Origin: Octopus sinensis
Lineage: Eukaryota
Direction of reading: 5' to 3'
Assembly: GCF_006345805.1 (NCBI RefSeq)
Contig: NC_043000.1
Span: 48,298,001-48,362,000 of the forward strand
DNA length: 64,000 bases
Shown: in pieces, positions 11,823 through 25,558 of the stretch
How positions within the stretch are numbered: the stretch's first letter is position 1
Layout: each line of letters starts with the position of its first letter
The notes under the pieces: generated by a model
Seen by the model: the letters and a program-made list of their open reading frames with translations, nothing else
Databases searched by the model: none
What the model was told of the DNA's origin: nothing
Program-made: the position numbers and the translations under genes

Positions 11823-13171
11823 ATATATATATCATAAAATGAATTCAAAATTGAATAAAATGTGTTTTCAAGCTTTTTTTTTAGTGTTCTATCATTGTTT
11901 CAATCAAATATTCTAAATCAGCCGCAGTATTTTCTGGTTCACTTTCAATAAATCTCAGTTACTTTGATTGTATTGTTTGTTCTGTGTTTTAGAGGTATTA
12001 ATATTTATGTTCTGTAAAATAATTCTGAGTGAGAAATCCCTTTATTGTGAGAAATTAACAAAGTACTTATGTGAGAAATTAACGAAGTACTTATTGGACT
12101 TGCACTTTGTAACATTCCTAACAATTCACTGACTACAGGAATTCTAAGATCTCTAAGATAATTTCAGCTTCTGTGTGTGTGTGTCTGTGTGTGTGTGTAT
12201 GAAAATTTTGTTTCTTTCAGCATTGTTAGACAAACATGCACTTATATGATGTGTGTGTTTGTGTGTGATATGAACAATGGAGCTAGCTAAGTGATATGTC
12301 AAGATGAATTACTTACTAATTATTCATAATGTCTATTTACTAATGATTTACCATGTGTAAAATTATCAGCCATCTAAATTATCAATTATCTCAGAATGTC
12401 TAGAGTCTGTGGAGCCAGAATAAGAAGTCATATCATATCTACCCTCAAACCCCTCCATCAGTTTTGACAGTGGAAACCCAGTAGCCATAAGTTTATCTTG
12501 ATAATTTCCTTTGGTGTTTACACATCCCACTCTATCTAAATCTTAGAGACTATCTCATTTCAAGCCACCTCAGACTGTTATTGTTTGCTCAATCTCTCCA
12601 TCTATGTAGTTAGAAAACCTTTCTTTCTTGTAATCTTAAACTGTCGCTGTGAACTTTTAGCAGACTTCACTCCTTATGACATAGGAAAAGTAAGTTTCTC
12701 AACAACAGTTGAGAATTGAAAATTGATCACTCCGAACAAATATTTTTCATTGGGCTATAACTTCCATCTACTTTGTGAAATCCATCAGTACGCCCCCAAC
12801 ATGTCTGCTGAAGTCACTGGCCATGATATGGCCAATCTAAAAAGGATTTTGTAAAATTGGTCCTGTTTACCTGCCTGGCCAGACTAAAGAATAGGCGGAG
12901 ATAAATGTTACTGTTAATTTATCTAAGACTAGTCTTAACTATCAGCCTACACACTCTGATATACCTCATTACTTCATCTATCCATCTTTCTAAATATATA
13001 TATAAATGCATATTCAGTGTTGCTGAAGAGGTCAAAAATGTGTGACAAAAGATTTCTGGGCAATGAAAATGAGTTAGAAATAATAAAATAAGAACAGTAA
13101 TAAACATGTGAACAAAAAAAATATATAGCGCGTGTGTGTTTATTTGGCAAAAAAAATGGCTATCCCGAAAT

Positions 13172-13219
<48 letters not shown>

Positions 13220-13222
<3 letters not shown>

Positions 13223-13368
13223 TCATCATCATCATCATCGTTTAATGTCTGCTTTCCATGCTAGCATGGGTTGGACGATTTGACCAGATGGCTGCACCAG
13301 ACGCCAATCTGATCTGGCAGAGTTTCTACAGCTGGATGCCCTTCCTAACACCAACCACTCCGAGAATG
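13220..13368 (-). mobile_element. (ATG)n-tailed SINE-like repeat, family E (3' part)
   Basis: (CAT)n-cgtttaatgtctgctttccatgctagcatgggttggacg...ggatgcccttcctaacaccaacc; recurs at 27988, 42335, 49264, 55700 and 57705. Confidence 0.8.
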
Positions 13369-13402
<34 letters not shown>

Positions 13403-13844
13403 ACACATACATACATACATACATACACACACATACATATATATAAATGCATATGTGTTTGTGGGTATGTGTGCATGTGTGTGTGTGTGGGGGGGGGGGT
13501 GAATGCATGTGCATGCATGTATTTGTGTGTTATTTATATTTCCGCTTTCAAAAAAGACTAAACTACAAAAGTTGTTGGTCTTGTCATTTCCCTTCTCAAC
13601 AAATTGTTTGCTGCCTTTGTAGTTTTGAAGACATTTCAAGTAAAAGATCTCTTATTTAAAAAAAAACCCCAGTTAAATGTTAGCAAAATAAGGCGTATTT
13701 ACCTATTACATGCTAACATGGAAAGATAGAAGTAAATGAATGTGTCTACATACATAATACATGATGATTGTAGTCTCTCACAGTCTGAGAAAAATGCTTT
13801 TGCAATTTCTTGCTGAAGAATCTACACAAATGATTTGTTCATAG

Positions 13845-14074
13845 TGATCAGACCAGCATTGTCTGGACACCGGGCGAAAGGCTTAGTGGCATTTCGTCTG
13901 CCGCTACGTTCTGAGTTCAAATTCCACCGAGGTCGACTTTGCCTTTCATCCTTTCGGGGTCGATTAAATAAGTACCAGTTACGCACTGGGGTCAGTGTAC
14001 TCGACTTAATCTGTTAGTCCGTCCTTGTTTGTCCTCTCTGTGTTTAGCCCTTTGTGGGTAGTAAAGAAATAGGT
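13845..14074 (+). mobile_element. SINE family D (well preserved)
   Basis: gttctgagttcaaattccaccgaggtcgactttgcctttcatcctttcggggtcga...gtaaagaaatagg; tail shared with 46238-46387. Confidence 0.8.
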
Positions 14075-14324
14075 ACATGGTGTACCACATCAGGTTTTGA
14101 AGCAACATCAAAACAATGTAAGATGATGTGTTTTGCTCAAAAACACAGTGCACCACCTGGTCCAGGAATTGAAATCGCAATCTTCTGATCATGAGCACAA
14201 CACCCTAACCACTTGGTCATGTGCCACCATGCATTACATATATATATATATATATATATAAAATACACTTGAAAGTAGATATATATCATATATATATATA
14301 CATACATATATTTATGTATGTATG

Positions 14325-14364
<40 letters not shown>

Positions 14365-14829
14365 ATACAATTTGTTGATTACGTTGCATTTACATAACCA
14401 TGAACAGAACACTTTAAACATTTTGTGTGTGAAGTGCAACTAATTCCATGCTTTGTTGTTATATACATATATATATATATATGTTTTTACATTGATTTCA
14501 CACCATTTCGTATGAGATATAACCTTTTAGTTTGCTTATTTTTATCTTATTTTCTTTCTAGAATTTTCTTTAATGCTTTCCAAAGTCTTATCTGAGAATT
14601 AAAAAAATATAAAATAAAACAATAAAAAATAAAAAATTTTAACTAAAGAGAAAAAAGTGCAACAAAGAAAAATCAATAATTGAAAAAAATATAAATTTAA
14701 AGATCTTTTTTTTTTTAATCAAAATATATTTTGAGTTTAACTGAAATTACATCATATATATCTTCACAAAGTTAGACTTTACATGTATCTCTGCTTAATC
14801 TCTCATTCATACACATATACACATTTACT

Positions 14830-15370
14830 TATACACCCACCCACACTTATGGACACATACACATAGACACACATGCATACATACACAGAGCTAAATAATC
14901 ACTCATATGTGCGTGTGTTTGTGTGTATGCATATATACATATATGTATGTATATAGCTATATATATACATACATATATACATGTGTATATATATATATAT
15001 ATATACACACACATACATACACATATACATGTATATATATATATATACACATACATACACATATATATATATGTATATATATATATATACGTATATAAAT
15101 GTGTATATATATGTATACATGTATATGTATGTATATATACCTTTATATGTATATATATATACATGTACCTCATATATATGTATGCACACACATATTATAC
15201 ATGTACACACATACACAGAACCATATAATCTCTCTCTCTCTCTCTCTCTTTTATATGCATGCATATATACATAAATACACATGATCAAATCATTACACAC
15301 ATAATCTCATTTACATATACTTGCATGCATACACACGTAAATACATGTATGCATGCACACACACATATAT
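14830..15370. repeat. Compound (TA)n/(CA)n/(TACA)n microsatellite field
   Basis: Directly visible; produces the YI/HT/CV ORFs. Confidence 0.95.
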
Positions 15371-15879
15371 ACACACACACACACAATCAGGGAATTAAAC
15401 CATGTTTTTACCATTCGCTTCTTTTGTAATTTCCAAGTTTGCTTCTTTTTTTTTTTTACTTCAGATTTCATTGCATTATTTTTCTTCTCAATTTTCGATA
15501 TTCATTTTATTATTTCAGTGCATAAAATAATTTTTGTAAGATCAAAGAAATATGTAATATATACTTTATTAAAACACTCCTTTAAATGAGAAGAAAATAT
15601 AAAAAGTTACATTGCTTTCTCAAATCTGTCATTTTTTTTTTACGCAAAAACATTGATTTTTATGTAAATTTCAATTTATACACGAATATGTTTATATATA
15701 TATGTATATATGTGTGTGTGTACATATTTGTGTGTATGCATATATGTGTTTTTGTGTGTCTGTGTATGTAGTATAAACAACTTGCTTAGACACTACATTT
15801 TTTTTTGTCATGTAAAATGATAAAATACTTGATATGAACTTGCAGAGTCTTGAGAGTATAGTATATATATCTTGTGCCT

Positions 15880-16400
15880 GTACACTGGTTTCATGCTATT
15901 TGCCAGGAATTTGGACATATTGATCTTCAGTAAACTTTAGTGGTTGTTGAAGAAGTACCAAATATTCTTGCATTCTTTTTCTCTGCCACTGCAGAAAAGT
16001 CTTAAATTCTTTGATAATAGCATAAAATTATTGAACAGAGTGCAAGAATAAAATGTCATCATGATTATTTCAAATCTGTTTCTCTATGCATTCATAGTTT
16101 GGATGTCCTCTTCTGCAGCTCAGCATATTTCCTGCTGCCTTTGTTATTTGCTGCATGAAGTTCTGCATCTTAAGATCAATCTTCTCTACTTCTTCCAAAG
16201 CCTTCCTTGGTCTATCCGTTTTCCCAAATCCTTCCACTTTGGATTACATGGTACTTCTTTACTCTACAGAAGTATTAGCTCCAGAAGCTTTTTTTTTTCT
16301 TGCACAATCTTTTTCTGGTTTCTATGTTTTTGGAAGAGCCCTTCCACTGTTAACTTGTCCTTTAAAGTGACAGAAGTTCTACAAAACCATCTGAACAGCT
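15880..16400 (-). mobile_element. Possible old LINE fragment (EN-RT linker-like)
   Basis: A stop-interrupted frame reads ...RQQEIC*AAEEDIQTMNA*RNRFEII, loosely like RTE linker regions. Confidence 0.25.
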
Positions 16401-16860
16401 GAAAGAATTAATTTCATTGATGTACCTATGGCTAACCATACCTATGCATTTGCTACTTACAAAGTCTTACTTTTCTGTTAGCCTGCATGCAATTTCATAG
16501 TTGGAAGCTGTGTGGAGGGACCATAGTTAGTAGACTTAGTCTGACGCACTATTCAAACTTTAATTTGTCAGGTGTATCATGGATGACACGTAGAATATAT
16601 TCCTGACATCCATGCATCGAATATGATACATATTCCTGTTTTTTTTTTCAACTACTAGAGTAAGGAAAGCTTCAGATTACTCAGAACGTATGAAACAAGA
16701 TCTAACTTAAAATATGAAAACAAACATGGATGTTAAGGACAAATTTATGAAAATGCTTTAGACAGGCAAAGGGCTTACACCACCACTACCACCACTACCT
16801 GGTTATTGGGTATCTTTAATCAATTCCTCTGTTGCAAACATTTGGGTCATGTATCTGAGG

Positions 16861-17280
16861 ACAATTCTACTATATGGCTCAGAAACCTGGACGTTATCAA
16901 AGAAGCTTGAGTGGCGGTTGGATGGAACCTACACTCGCCTCCTTATGAGAGCTCAAAATCTCTCGTGAAAGCGCCGCGCCATCCAACCAAAATGCAAATA
17001 TATGGGAAATTACCACCTGTGTCATCTCTTGTGAAAGGTAGGAGAGTCCAGTTTGCTGGACATTGTGGTAGAGCTGAAAAAGAAGTAATTTCTACTCTTC
17101 TCCTCTGGAAGCCATCTACTCGCAATACCAGAGGGCGCACACTCTCCTACCCTGATGTAATCTCCAGGGATACAGGCATCCAGCAACAGGACCTCCGTAA
17201 TGCTATGATGGACCGTGAAGTCTGGCGTAACATAGTAAATTCCATTGTCTCGACCACGGTCGAACAATGATGATGATGAT
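16861..17280 (+). mobile_element. 5'-truncated RTE-clade LINE 3' end with TSD
   Basis: TILLYGSETWTLSKKLEWRLDGTYTRLL...RRVQFAGHC...DREVWR...*; (TGA)n tail; TSD ATCTGAGGACAA(A)TTCTACT at 16853-16871 and 17279-17298. Confidence 0.92.
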
Positions 17281-17934
17281 CTGAGGACAAATTCTACTCT
17301 TCTCCAGTTTTAGAGGCTTTTTGAAAGGTTATGGGTACTGCCTTACTCCTTCTAACTTATAAATACACACACACACGTGTGTGTGCATGCACGTGTGTGC
17401 ATGCACGTGTGTGTATTTATGCATACTTATAGATATATTTGCCTATATCTATAGATAGGGTGATGCAAACAAGAAAAATAGAGCACAAAGTCACAAGTGC
17501 CAATGCATGAAATTCTCAGCCCTTGAGTCACTCTGTTGCTTCTGCTAAATATAAATAAAGGTACACAGATATACACATGGTTATATATACATGTTTATGT
17601 GTATGTGTGATTATGTATATATTATGAAAGAGAGAGAGAGAGCAGTTTAATGATTAAAAATTGTTCAAATAGTATCATCCTGTCTATGTTCAACTTGTTC
17701 AATTATCCTTGATACTGTCTCTATCTTAGAAAAACAAAAAGGAAATGTGATATCTTGTAGATGTTTCAATCCCCTCACATACAAAATCTGTGACCTTCTG
17801 CTAATATGTGAAATTATCCGTTTTCAGCATCACTGAAATCTGCACATCTAGATTTACTCGTATGATCATGCTGGAGATATTGCCAATTCGTTCTTAAGTC
17901 TTCCTCTTTTATTTGTTAATTTTATGTACATCAT

Positions 17935-18315
17935 AGGCGCAGGAGTGGCTGTGTGGTAAGTAGCTTGCTAACCAACCACATGGTTCCGGGTTCAGTCCCA
18001 CTGCGTGGCACCTTGGGCAAGTGTCTTCTGCTATAGCCCCAGGCCGACCAATGCCTTGTGAGTGAATTTGGTAGACGGAAACTGAAAGAAGCCTGTCGTA
18101 TATATGTATATATATATATATGTATATTTATGTGTGTGTGTGTTTGTGTGTTTACGTCCCCGTCACTTAGCGGTTCGGCAAAAGAGACCGATAGAATAAG
18201 TACTGGGCTTACAAAGAATAAGTCCCGGGGTCAATTTGCTCGACTAAAGGCGGTGCTCCAGCATGGCCGCAGTCAAATGACTGAAACAAGTAAAAGAGTA
18301 AAAAGAGTAAAGAGT
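17935..18315 (+). mobile_element. SINE family A
   Basis: Complete head and tail with a small internal deletion. Confidence 0.9.
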
Positions 18316-18974
18316 ATAAAAGAAATATTGAAATATTTCAGAGACATGTGGATGATGGAATAAAAATAGAAGAGTTTTTTTTTTTTTTTTTTTTTTTTTG
18401 TTTTCTTATGATATAAAACGTAAAAGAGCAATGCAATGAGATATATCAAGTGACTCCGATAACCAATATTTTTCCCAATAACTATTATTTCACCAAGACG
18501 ACATGGGGGGAGCTCTTATTGTCAATGCTTGTCCGACCTGCTAAAAGTATCAGCCATGTCATTCAGACAACACTCTAGTCTTTGTAAAGACTGGCAGAAT
18601 ACATTTAGCAATGTAATAGAGTAAAAAGAGCTGATCATACGTCTGAAGGGGTTTTTTTTCGGGAGGGGGGTAGTTTTTGTTTTATTTGTTTTGTTTTTAT
18701 TTGGTGGATGATCTTGGGGTTAAACAAGAATGACTGCCAGTAGTTGTACAGAATGTAATGAAAATATAATAAGCTTGAAATATAATAAGCTCCAGAATGT
18801 TTACATGATTAAGAAGTTTTACAAACGAACATGCAGTTTTAGGTTCAATCTCACTGTGTTGTACCTTAGGAAAGTGTTTTCTGCTGTAGTCACATGTTGA
18901 CCAATGTCTTGAGTGTGAATTTGGTAGAAGGAAACTGTGAAGAAGCCTATCATGTGTGTGTGTGTATGTGTGTG

Positions 18975-19210
18975 TGTGTTACATGCCTTGAGTTCATGTG
19001 CTCCTCGTAAACAAGTGTCACAGTCATGCAAACAGTGTCCGTCATTTCCAGTCTTCAGTGAAAACATGTCTGGCCTTAGGGGAACATTACCTTGAAAATA
19101 GGTGAAGGTTTGTAACAGGAAGGGCATTCAGCCATAGAAAATCTACTTCAGTAAATTTTATCTGATCCATGCAAGCATGGAAAAGTGGATGTTAAAATGA
19201 TAATGATGAC
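18975..19210 (+). mobile_element. Family E-related (ATG)n-tailed repeat
   Basis: aggaagggcattcagccatagaaa...catgcaagcatggaaaagtggatgttaaaatgataatgatgac; related inverted copy at about 60160-60340. Confidence 0.6.
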
Positions 19211-19304
19211 AACCACTATGACAATGTGTGCATGCATATTTTTGCACCTGTATTTGCGTTTATTCATTGTCCGCCTGACAATCAGAATTGGTTTATTTGC
19301 ACCT

Positions 19305-19650
19305 TCATCATCATCACCATTGTTTGACCGTGATCGAGATAATGGAATTTACCATGCTACGCCAGACTTCACGGTCCATCATAGCATTACGGAGGTCCTG
19401 TTGCTGGATGCCTGTATCCCTGGAGATTACATCAGGGTAGGAGAGTGTGCACCCTCTGGTATTGCGAGTAGATGGCTTCCAGAGGAGAAAAGTAGAAATT
19501 GCCTCGTTTTCAGCTCTACAACTATGTCCAGCAAACTGGACTCTCCTACCTTTCACAAGAGATGATACAGGTGGTAGTTTCCCATATATTTGCATTTTGG
19601 TTGGATGACGCTTCCACGGGAGATTTTGAGCTCTCATAAGGAGGCGAGTG
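19305..19650 (-). mobile_element. 5'-truncated RTE-clade LINE, same family as 16861
   Basis: RAQNLPWKRHPTKMQIYGKLPPVSSLVKGRRVQFAGH...; (TGA)n tail; 10-bp TSD TGCACCTTCA at 19298-19307 and 19649-19658. Confidence 0.92.
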
Positions 19651-22600
19651 CACCTTCAGCACCTGGCAGTTCAGTGAAATAAACTGACAGAATAAGAATC
19701 AACTGTAAAAAAGAAAGAAAACTGTAGGAGCCAGGTTCAATTTATTTAATTAAAACTTTCAAGGCCTTGTCTAGCATAGCAATAGTCGAATAAATAACTC
19801 GAGAAGAAGAATGTGTACCTTTTGTTTTGAAAATAAGTGAAAATAGAAAAGGTTATATTTTCTAAACATGTGCTCATACTATGAGGGTGAGTTGTAAACA
19901 TTATTTACCAATGGAAAGGCAATGAGCTGGCAGATCCATTAGCATGCTTAGCGATATTTCATCTGTCTTCATATTCTGAGTTCAAATTCTGCCATGGTTG
20001 ACTTTGGCCTTCCTTCTTTAGGGTTTGACAAAATAAGTATCAATTGAGTACTGGGGTTGATGTCATTGACTATCCCCTCCCCCAAATTTCAAGCCTTGTG
20101 CCTACATAAGAAAGAATTATTTACCTATTTATGTTTCACCTCTCTTTAAACCTGTTTATCTTAAACTATTATAACCATTGTGAGTCTGTGAAAATTCTTA
20201 ATATTAGTTTCAAATTTTGACACAATTTAGGGGAAAGGGGTAAGTTGATTACATCGACACCAGTACCGACTGGTACTTATTTTATTGAGACTCCCAAAAA
20301 GGATGAAAGGCAAATTTGACCTCAGCAAAATTTGAACACAGAAAGTAAAAGACGGATGAAATGCCACTAAGCTGTTGGCTTGGAAATTGTTAATATTCAA
20401 AATATCATTAGTAATAACAATAACAGAAATGGCAACAACATTTGTCAATCAACAAATGCTATTGTTATTGCTATTATCGCTGTTTATTAAGTTCCCTTGC
20501 TCTGATGAATGAATGTAGTTTAATCAAGTGAAAATAAAGTATTAATCGCTTTCCATAACTGCAGTCCAGTCAGTCCATTTTCTTTACCAAACTAGCTACT
20601 GCCTTATGCTATATGTTCTGGCTTTCTCTGCTCTGGGTTCAAATCCCACTGTAGTTGATTTACCTTTTCATAAATCAAGCACCCGTCAAGTACTAGAGTT
20701 GTTTACCTCCCCTTTCTCTTCCCCACCACCTCTCTTTTTAAAGTCAGCTATGTTGATTGGCTAGAAAAGAAGGTTTTATATTATGAACCACACCAATCCT
20801 TCCTTTCACGGCCACCACTATGTGGACTCATCATGAAACAGTGGTATAATAAGGGTTTACATTTACAGTAGTTAGAGGTGTTGCAGAGATAATTTCGGTA
20901 CTACCATGTTAATCAATAGATCTGAAAAGCAAAAGGAAATTTTATGCAACTTCACTCCTGTATCCAAGGTACAATTGCATTCCCGCTTTTATCTTCTCCC
21001 CAACTCTAGGCCTTTGATAACGAAGGACAAATTTGAGAAAGTCTTGTTAAGGTCATGAGTATTACCTATCCTCTTCTGAGAATATAAAAAAAAAATATTG
21101 TCATTTTTCCATTAAAGATTTTACTGAAGGAGATTTTCTTGTTATATTGAGCAATTGAAGAGAATGAATAGGAGTGTTTTCATTGGTTCATCTTCAAACA
21201 TTTAATGTTTAATAAAACTCATGCTTTTATATTTATTACAAACAATTTTAAGAGAACATTCTGACTAACAAGTGTAAGATCCTTTCTCTTTTTTCCTCCT
21301 CTTTTTTTCAAAAATCTTTTTTCTTCTTTTCTTTTTCAAAGTAATGGTTATTTTTACTTCATATGATTTGAAAGTTAAATTTTCTGTCTTAATGAGGTTG
21401 TGATAATTAAGGATCAATTGATTGTAAACACAAATGAAACAAGTTTCTTTATGTTTAGCAAGAGGTGATGATATAATTTTGTTGCTAAAAGAAGTGTCAG
21501 AGAGAGAATGCGTGCATGTGTGTGTGTGGCCGGGATGGGGGTGGGGTGGGTGAAAATGACAGAGAATTTATAAGAAAGAGAATAAGAGGAAAATGAAAGA
21601 AAAAAAAGAAAAAAGCAAGGTAGAAAGAAAAGCAGAGGGAGAAGGTAAAAGGAAAAGGGGGAAGAAAAGAAAAAGAATATAAATTTAAAAAAGAAAATTT
21701 ACTGCTGCATCAAAATTCCTCACATAATGCCATCCAACTTGAAGGAAATTACATCCGTGCTCACCCGCCCGCCGCCTCCTTACCACCAGTCTCTGGTACT
21801 TGCATTCTCTTTCTCTGCCTTTCCTTTATTTGTCTCATCTTGTCTTTTACAGATAAAAACCCTCCCTGTTATTGAGAACTAAGCCAATCCTAGCCTCACC
21901 TATACTATTCCTAACTTCCCTGATTGTCTTTCTCTCTCTTTCTCTCTCTCTCAAATTTTTGTTTTACCTCTCCCTTCTATCGGATCTCTTCCAATTATAC
22001 CCTCTTCCTCCCCTTTATTCTTTGTTTCATTTCTTTCTTTCTTTTTCATCTCCCCATCCCATCCCTCTCATCCCCCCACCTCCAAACATTATCAGTCAAC
22101 ATTCTCCCCAGAGTCTCCTTTATTTTGATGTATTTCTTTGACTGCTAACAAGGATTTATCTATTTACTTTTTCTTTTGCATTTATTTTTTCTTTTAGTTT
22201 TAGTTTTCCTTTTTTCTTTTGAAATTCTATTTGTTTCTTTTTTTGTTTTTTTTATCTATTTTTATATAACTTTTTTGTTTATTTTTTATTTCACTTAGTT
22301 TCTATTCTTAGGACATTTTTTAGTTCCTTTTGGTTCCCCGCCTCCCCCACATTTTTTTTTCTCCCCCCCTCGTCCCACCTCTCTCTCTATTTTTCATTCC
22401 CTCTAGCTAACAACGCCACCATCACCCTTATGACTTTTAGTACCCAGTTAGTACCCACCTATTTATTCAATCCACCCCCACCCCACCTTTCCTAATGTCA
22501 GTATCTTTTCTGCATGCAGGAAACAAATTAGTAATGTTCCACCATTTTTTTTTTCTTTCCTGACTCTCTCCTGCACCAAACACTTGCTTCCCTGTATATT

Positions 22601-23958
22601 ATTGCTGTCACTGTTGTTATTGTTGTCGTCATTGCTGTTTATTTTTTCCCCCCTTTCTCATTTCTTCTGTTCTTTATAACATCAGCTAGGATGTTATAAA
22701 ACCACGGAATTAAAATAGAAACATTTGTAAGAAAGAAAGGTTAGAGAAAGGAAAATAAAATTGGAAGCGAAACAGAAGAGAAAGCAAAAGATATGAAGAT
22801 GCTATTATATTAAATCTTAAAGATCACTTAGTCTTTTACTTATCTGTGTTGCTTATCTTATCTGTATTTCTAAATGCTTATCTCGAAGTAAAAGCAGAGG
22901 TCAGCTTGATCCAAACGATAAAGCTAGAAACTTCATCCTGTGATCTGACTTTTGTGTCAGCATACGAACTCCCACAATGCAATATAGCCAAACAATGCAT
23001 CTAAAACATGGTCTGATGGTGCTTATGTGTTATGTGCTATGCTACACAGTATAAACTGTAAAATTAGTTGTACAACAAATGACTTACATGTGTGAAACTT
23101 CTCTAGAGACCTTTAGCCCCTAATCTGTTGAGCCTGACCTGTACTTCTTGAGCAATAGTAACTATTTAGAATTCAACAATCATCAAACGATTCTATTGTA
23201 TGCAAAATCTTTTATTTCCGTGTTGAAAAGAATTCACAAGTAGATTATCGCATATATCCTTTAGAATAATGAAGTTATTGCTTACTTCTTGATATCTTAT
23301 TCGTAAAATGGAACTGAATTGTTGTGATGTTTAAAGGAATATTGATTTCCTTTCCTTAGACCTGATATTTGTGTGAGGAGGGATATATTGGGATATAGAC
23401 GAATGATTTGACCCAAATATATTATCAATACATATTTTATCAACACCAGAAGGATGAAAGCAAAACTGCTGATCTGAGTAGAAATTAAATTCGAAAGGTA
23501 GAGGGTTATTGTTAACTATTGATTTCTAGTACTGTCTCAAGACCCACAAATTTAGTGAGGAGGGTATAGTCATATAAATCAAACCCAAAACATTACTGGT
23601 ACTTTATCTACCTTTTATTAGCCTCAGCTTGATGAGATTTAAATAAAGAACTTAAAAAGACATAATTTCATACCACAAGGTATTTTATCTCATACTCTGA
23701 TGCTGAAATTTTCAATCATCTTTTAAATTCATAACTCATTAAATAAGACACGAAATGTGTTATGACATACCAACAGCAATTTAAAAGTCTTATTTAAACA
23801 CTTTACAAAATAAACATTTCAATGGCTCTGACGAAGCTATAGAATGTTGCACATGCATTCAGCTTTGAGTGCACTGCTTCCTGTAGCAGCAACAGCTAAG
23901 TGTGAGCTAATAACGCTAATTACATAATTCCTGTACCTTTGTTATTCATTAAGTAATA

Positions 23959-24340
23959 TAGGTGTAGGCATGGCTGTGTGATAAGAAGTTTGCTTCCCAA
24001 CTACATGGTTCTGGGTTCAGTCCCACTTTGAACAAGCGTCTTCTGCTAAAGCCCTGGGTCAACCAAAGCCTTGTGAGTGGATTTGGTAGAGAGAAAATGC
24101 AAGAAGACCGTTGTATATATATGTCTGTGTGTGTGTGTCTTTTGTCTGTGTTTGTCCTCCATCATTGCTTGACAACTGATGTTGGTGTGTTTACGTCCTT
24201 ATAACCTAGCATTTTGGCAAAAGAGTCTGGTGGAGTAAGTACCAGTCTTTAAAAATTAAGTATTGGGGTTGATTTGTTCAACTAAAATTCTTCAAACAGT
24301 GCTCCAGAATAACTGTAGTCTAATTAGAGAAACAAGCAAA
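23959..24340 (+). mobile_element. SINE family A, older diverged subfamily
   Basis: ggtgtaggcatggctgtgtgataagaag head; diverged tail gaaacaagcaaaagataaaaga. Confidence 0.8.
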
Positions 24341-24351
24341 AGATAAAAGAT

Positions 24352-24398
<47 letters not shown>

Positions 24399-24726
24399 CA
24401 CGCACGCACACACACATACATACACACGCGCACACACACACATACTTCGTTTTTGCATCTGGTTTGCAAGATTCTTTATGTGAATTTGTGTGTTGAAGCA
24501 TATTTTGTTGTGTCTGGGGAAAGTAATTTTGTCTTTAGACTTTATTAACTAACACACTCACCAGTTCAATTTTTGTTCAATTTATTTATTTATATATTCA
24601 ATTATTTTTCTTCTAGAATTTTCGTTGCTTATTGCAACCTTCCCAATAGTTGTTGATTCTGTTATTGGAGTTGTGTTCCTTTTGTTTGTTTGTGCACATT
24701 TGTGTGCTTCAACATGCATATGTATA

Positions 24727-24763
<37 letters not shown>

Positions 24764-25558
24764 AAGAGGAGCATAATGGTGAGCATCTCGCATGAAGCTA
24801 ACTTCATCCACCAAAGCATCAAAGTAATCATACACTCCATCACCAGGCACCCCAACAATAGACTCCTCGTCCTTGATATGAGGAGTCAGTTGTTGGGGTG
24901 CCTGGTGGGGTGGAAATCGAACCAGTGTGTTAATTAAAAAAGTATAAAGACAAAATGACTCCCTCAGACACAATAATATATGTGTGTCTGTGTGTGTGTG
25001 TCTGTGTGTGTGTGTCTGTGTGTGAATGAGTAATTTTTAAAATGGCTATGTACATTGGTCTTAGCCACGAAGAAATAAACCTGCACTGATGCTGTGAATT
25101 AAAAACACTCATGCACTTTCCTGCTCACCACATCGACAATCCAAAATGTGACACACAGTCTCTTAGTACAGTATTTAAGGACATTCTGCCCAGATGATAC
25201 TGCCTATCCGTTGTATTCTGTATAAAGAAATATTGATCAATAATTTTGAATTAAGATCAGACAGTGGAAATTCCCAATTCATTAAAAGCCCCTATTTTAT
25301 TGGTAGGCATTCTATGAAGTGAAGTGCACTGAAAGCCGAAGGTAGCAAAAATTTGAATTCAGAATGTAAACAAACAAAATCTTTCAATACTCCAAATCGT
25401 CTGTGTTGATGTATCCCAACTCATTCCATTACTACCTCATATTTATATATATATGTTATAATTGTGTGTGGGATGAGAACCAGCAAGGTAGCTCCTATGT
25501 AGTTGCTTGACTGACTAGAAATAACAGCCAAATATTGTAATCCCTGATATACATACGC

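Noticed and set aside
12046-12093. 24-bp direct repeat, 2 units
   Set aside because: Adjacent units without spacers: a simple local duplication, not CRISPR-like.
17368-17415. Palindromic (CA)n-CACGTG-(TG)n / TGCATGCA stretch
   Set aside because: Explained by microsatellite slippage.
23829-23875. CTGACGA-AGCT...AGCT stem (also CTGATGA at 7256 and 20507, CTGAAGA near 13024)
   Set aside because: GAAA and/or helix I are missing; consistent with chance.
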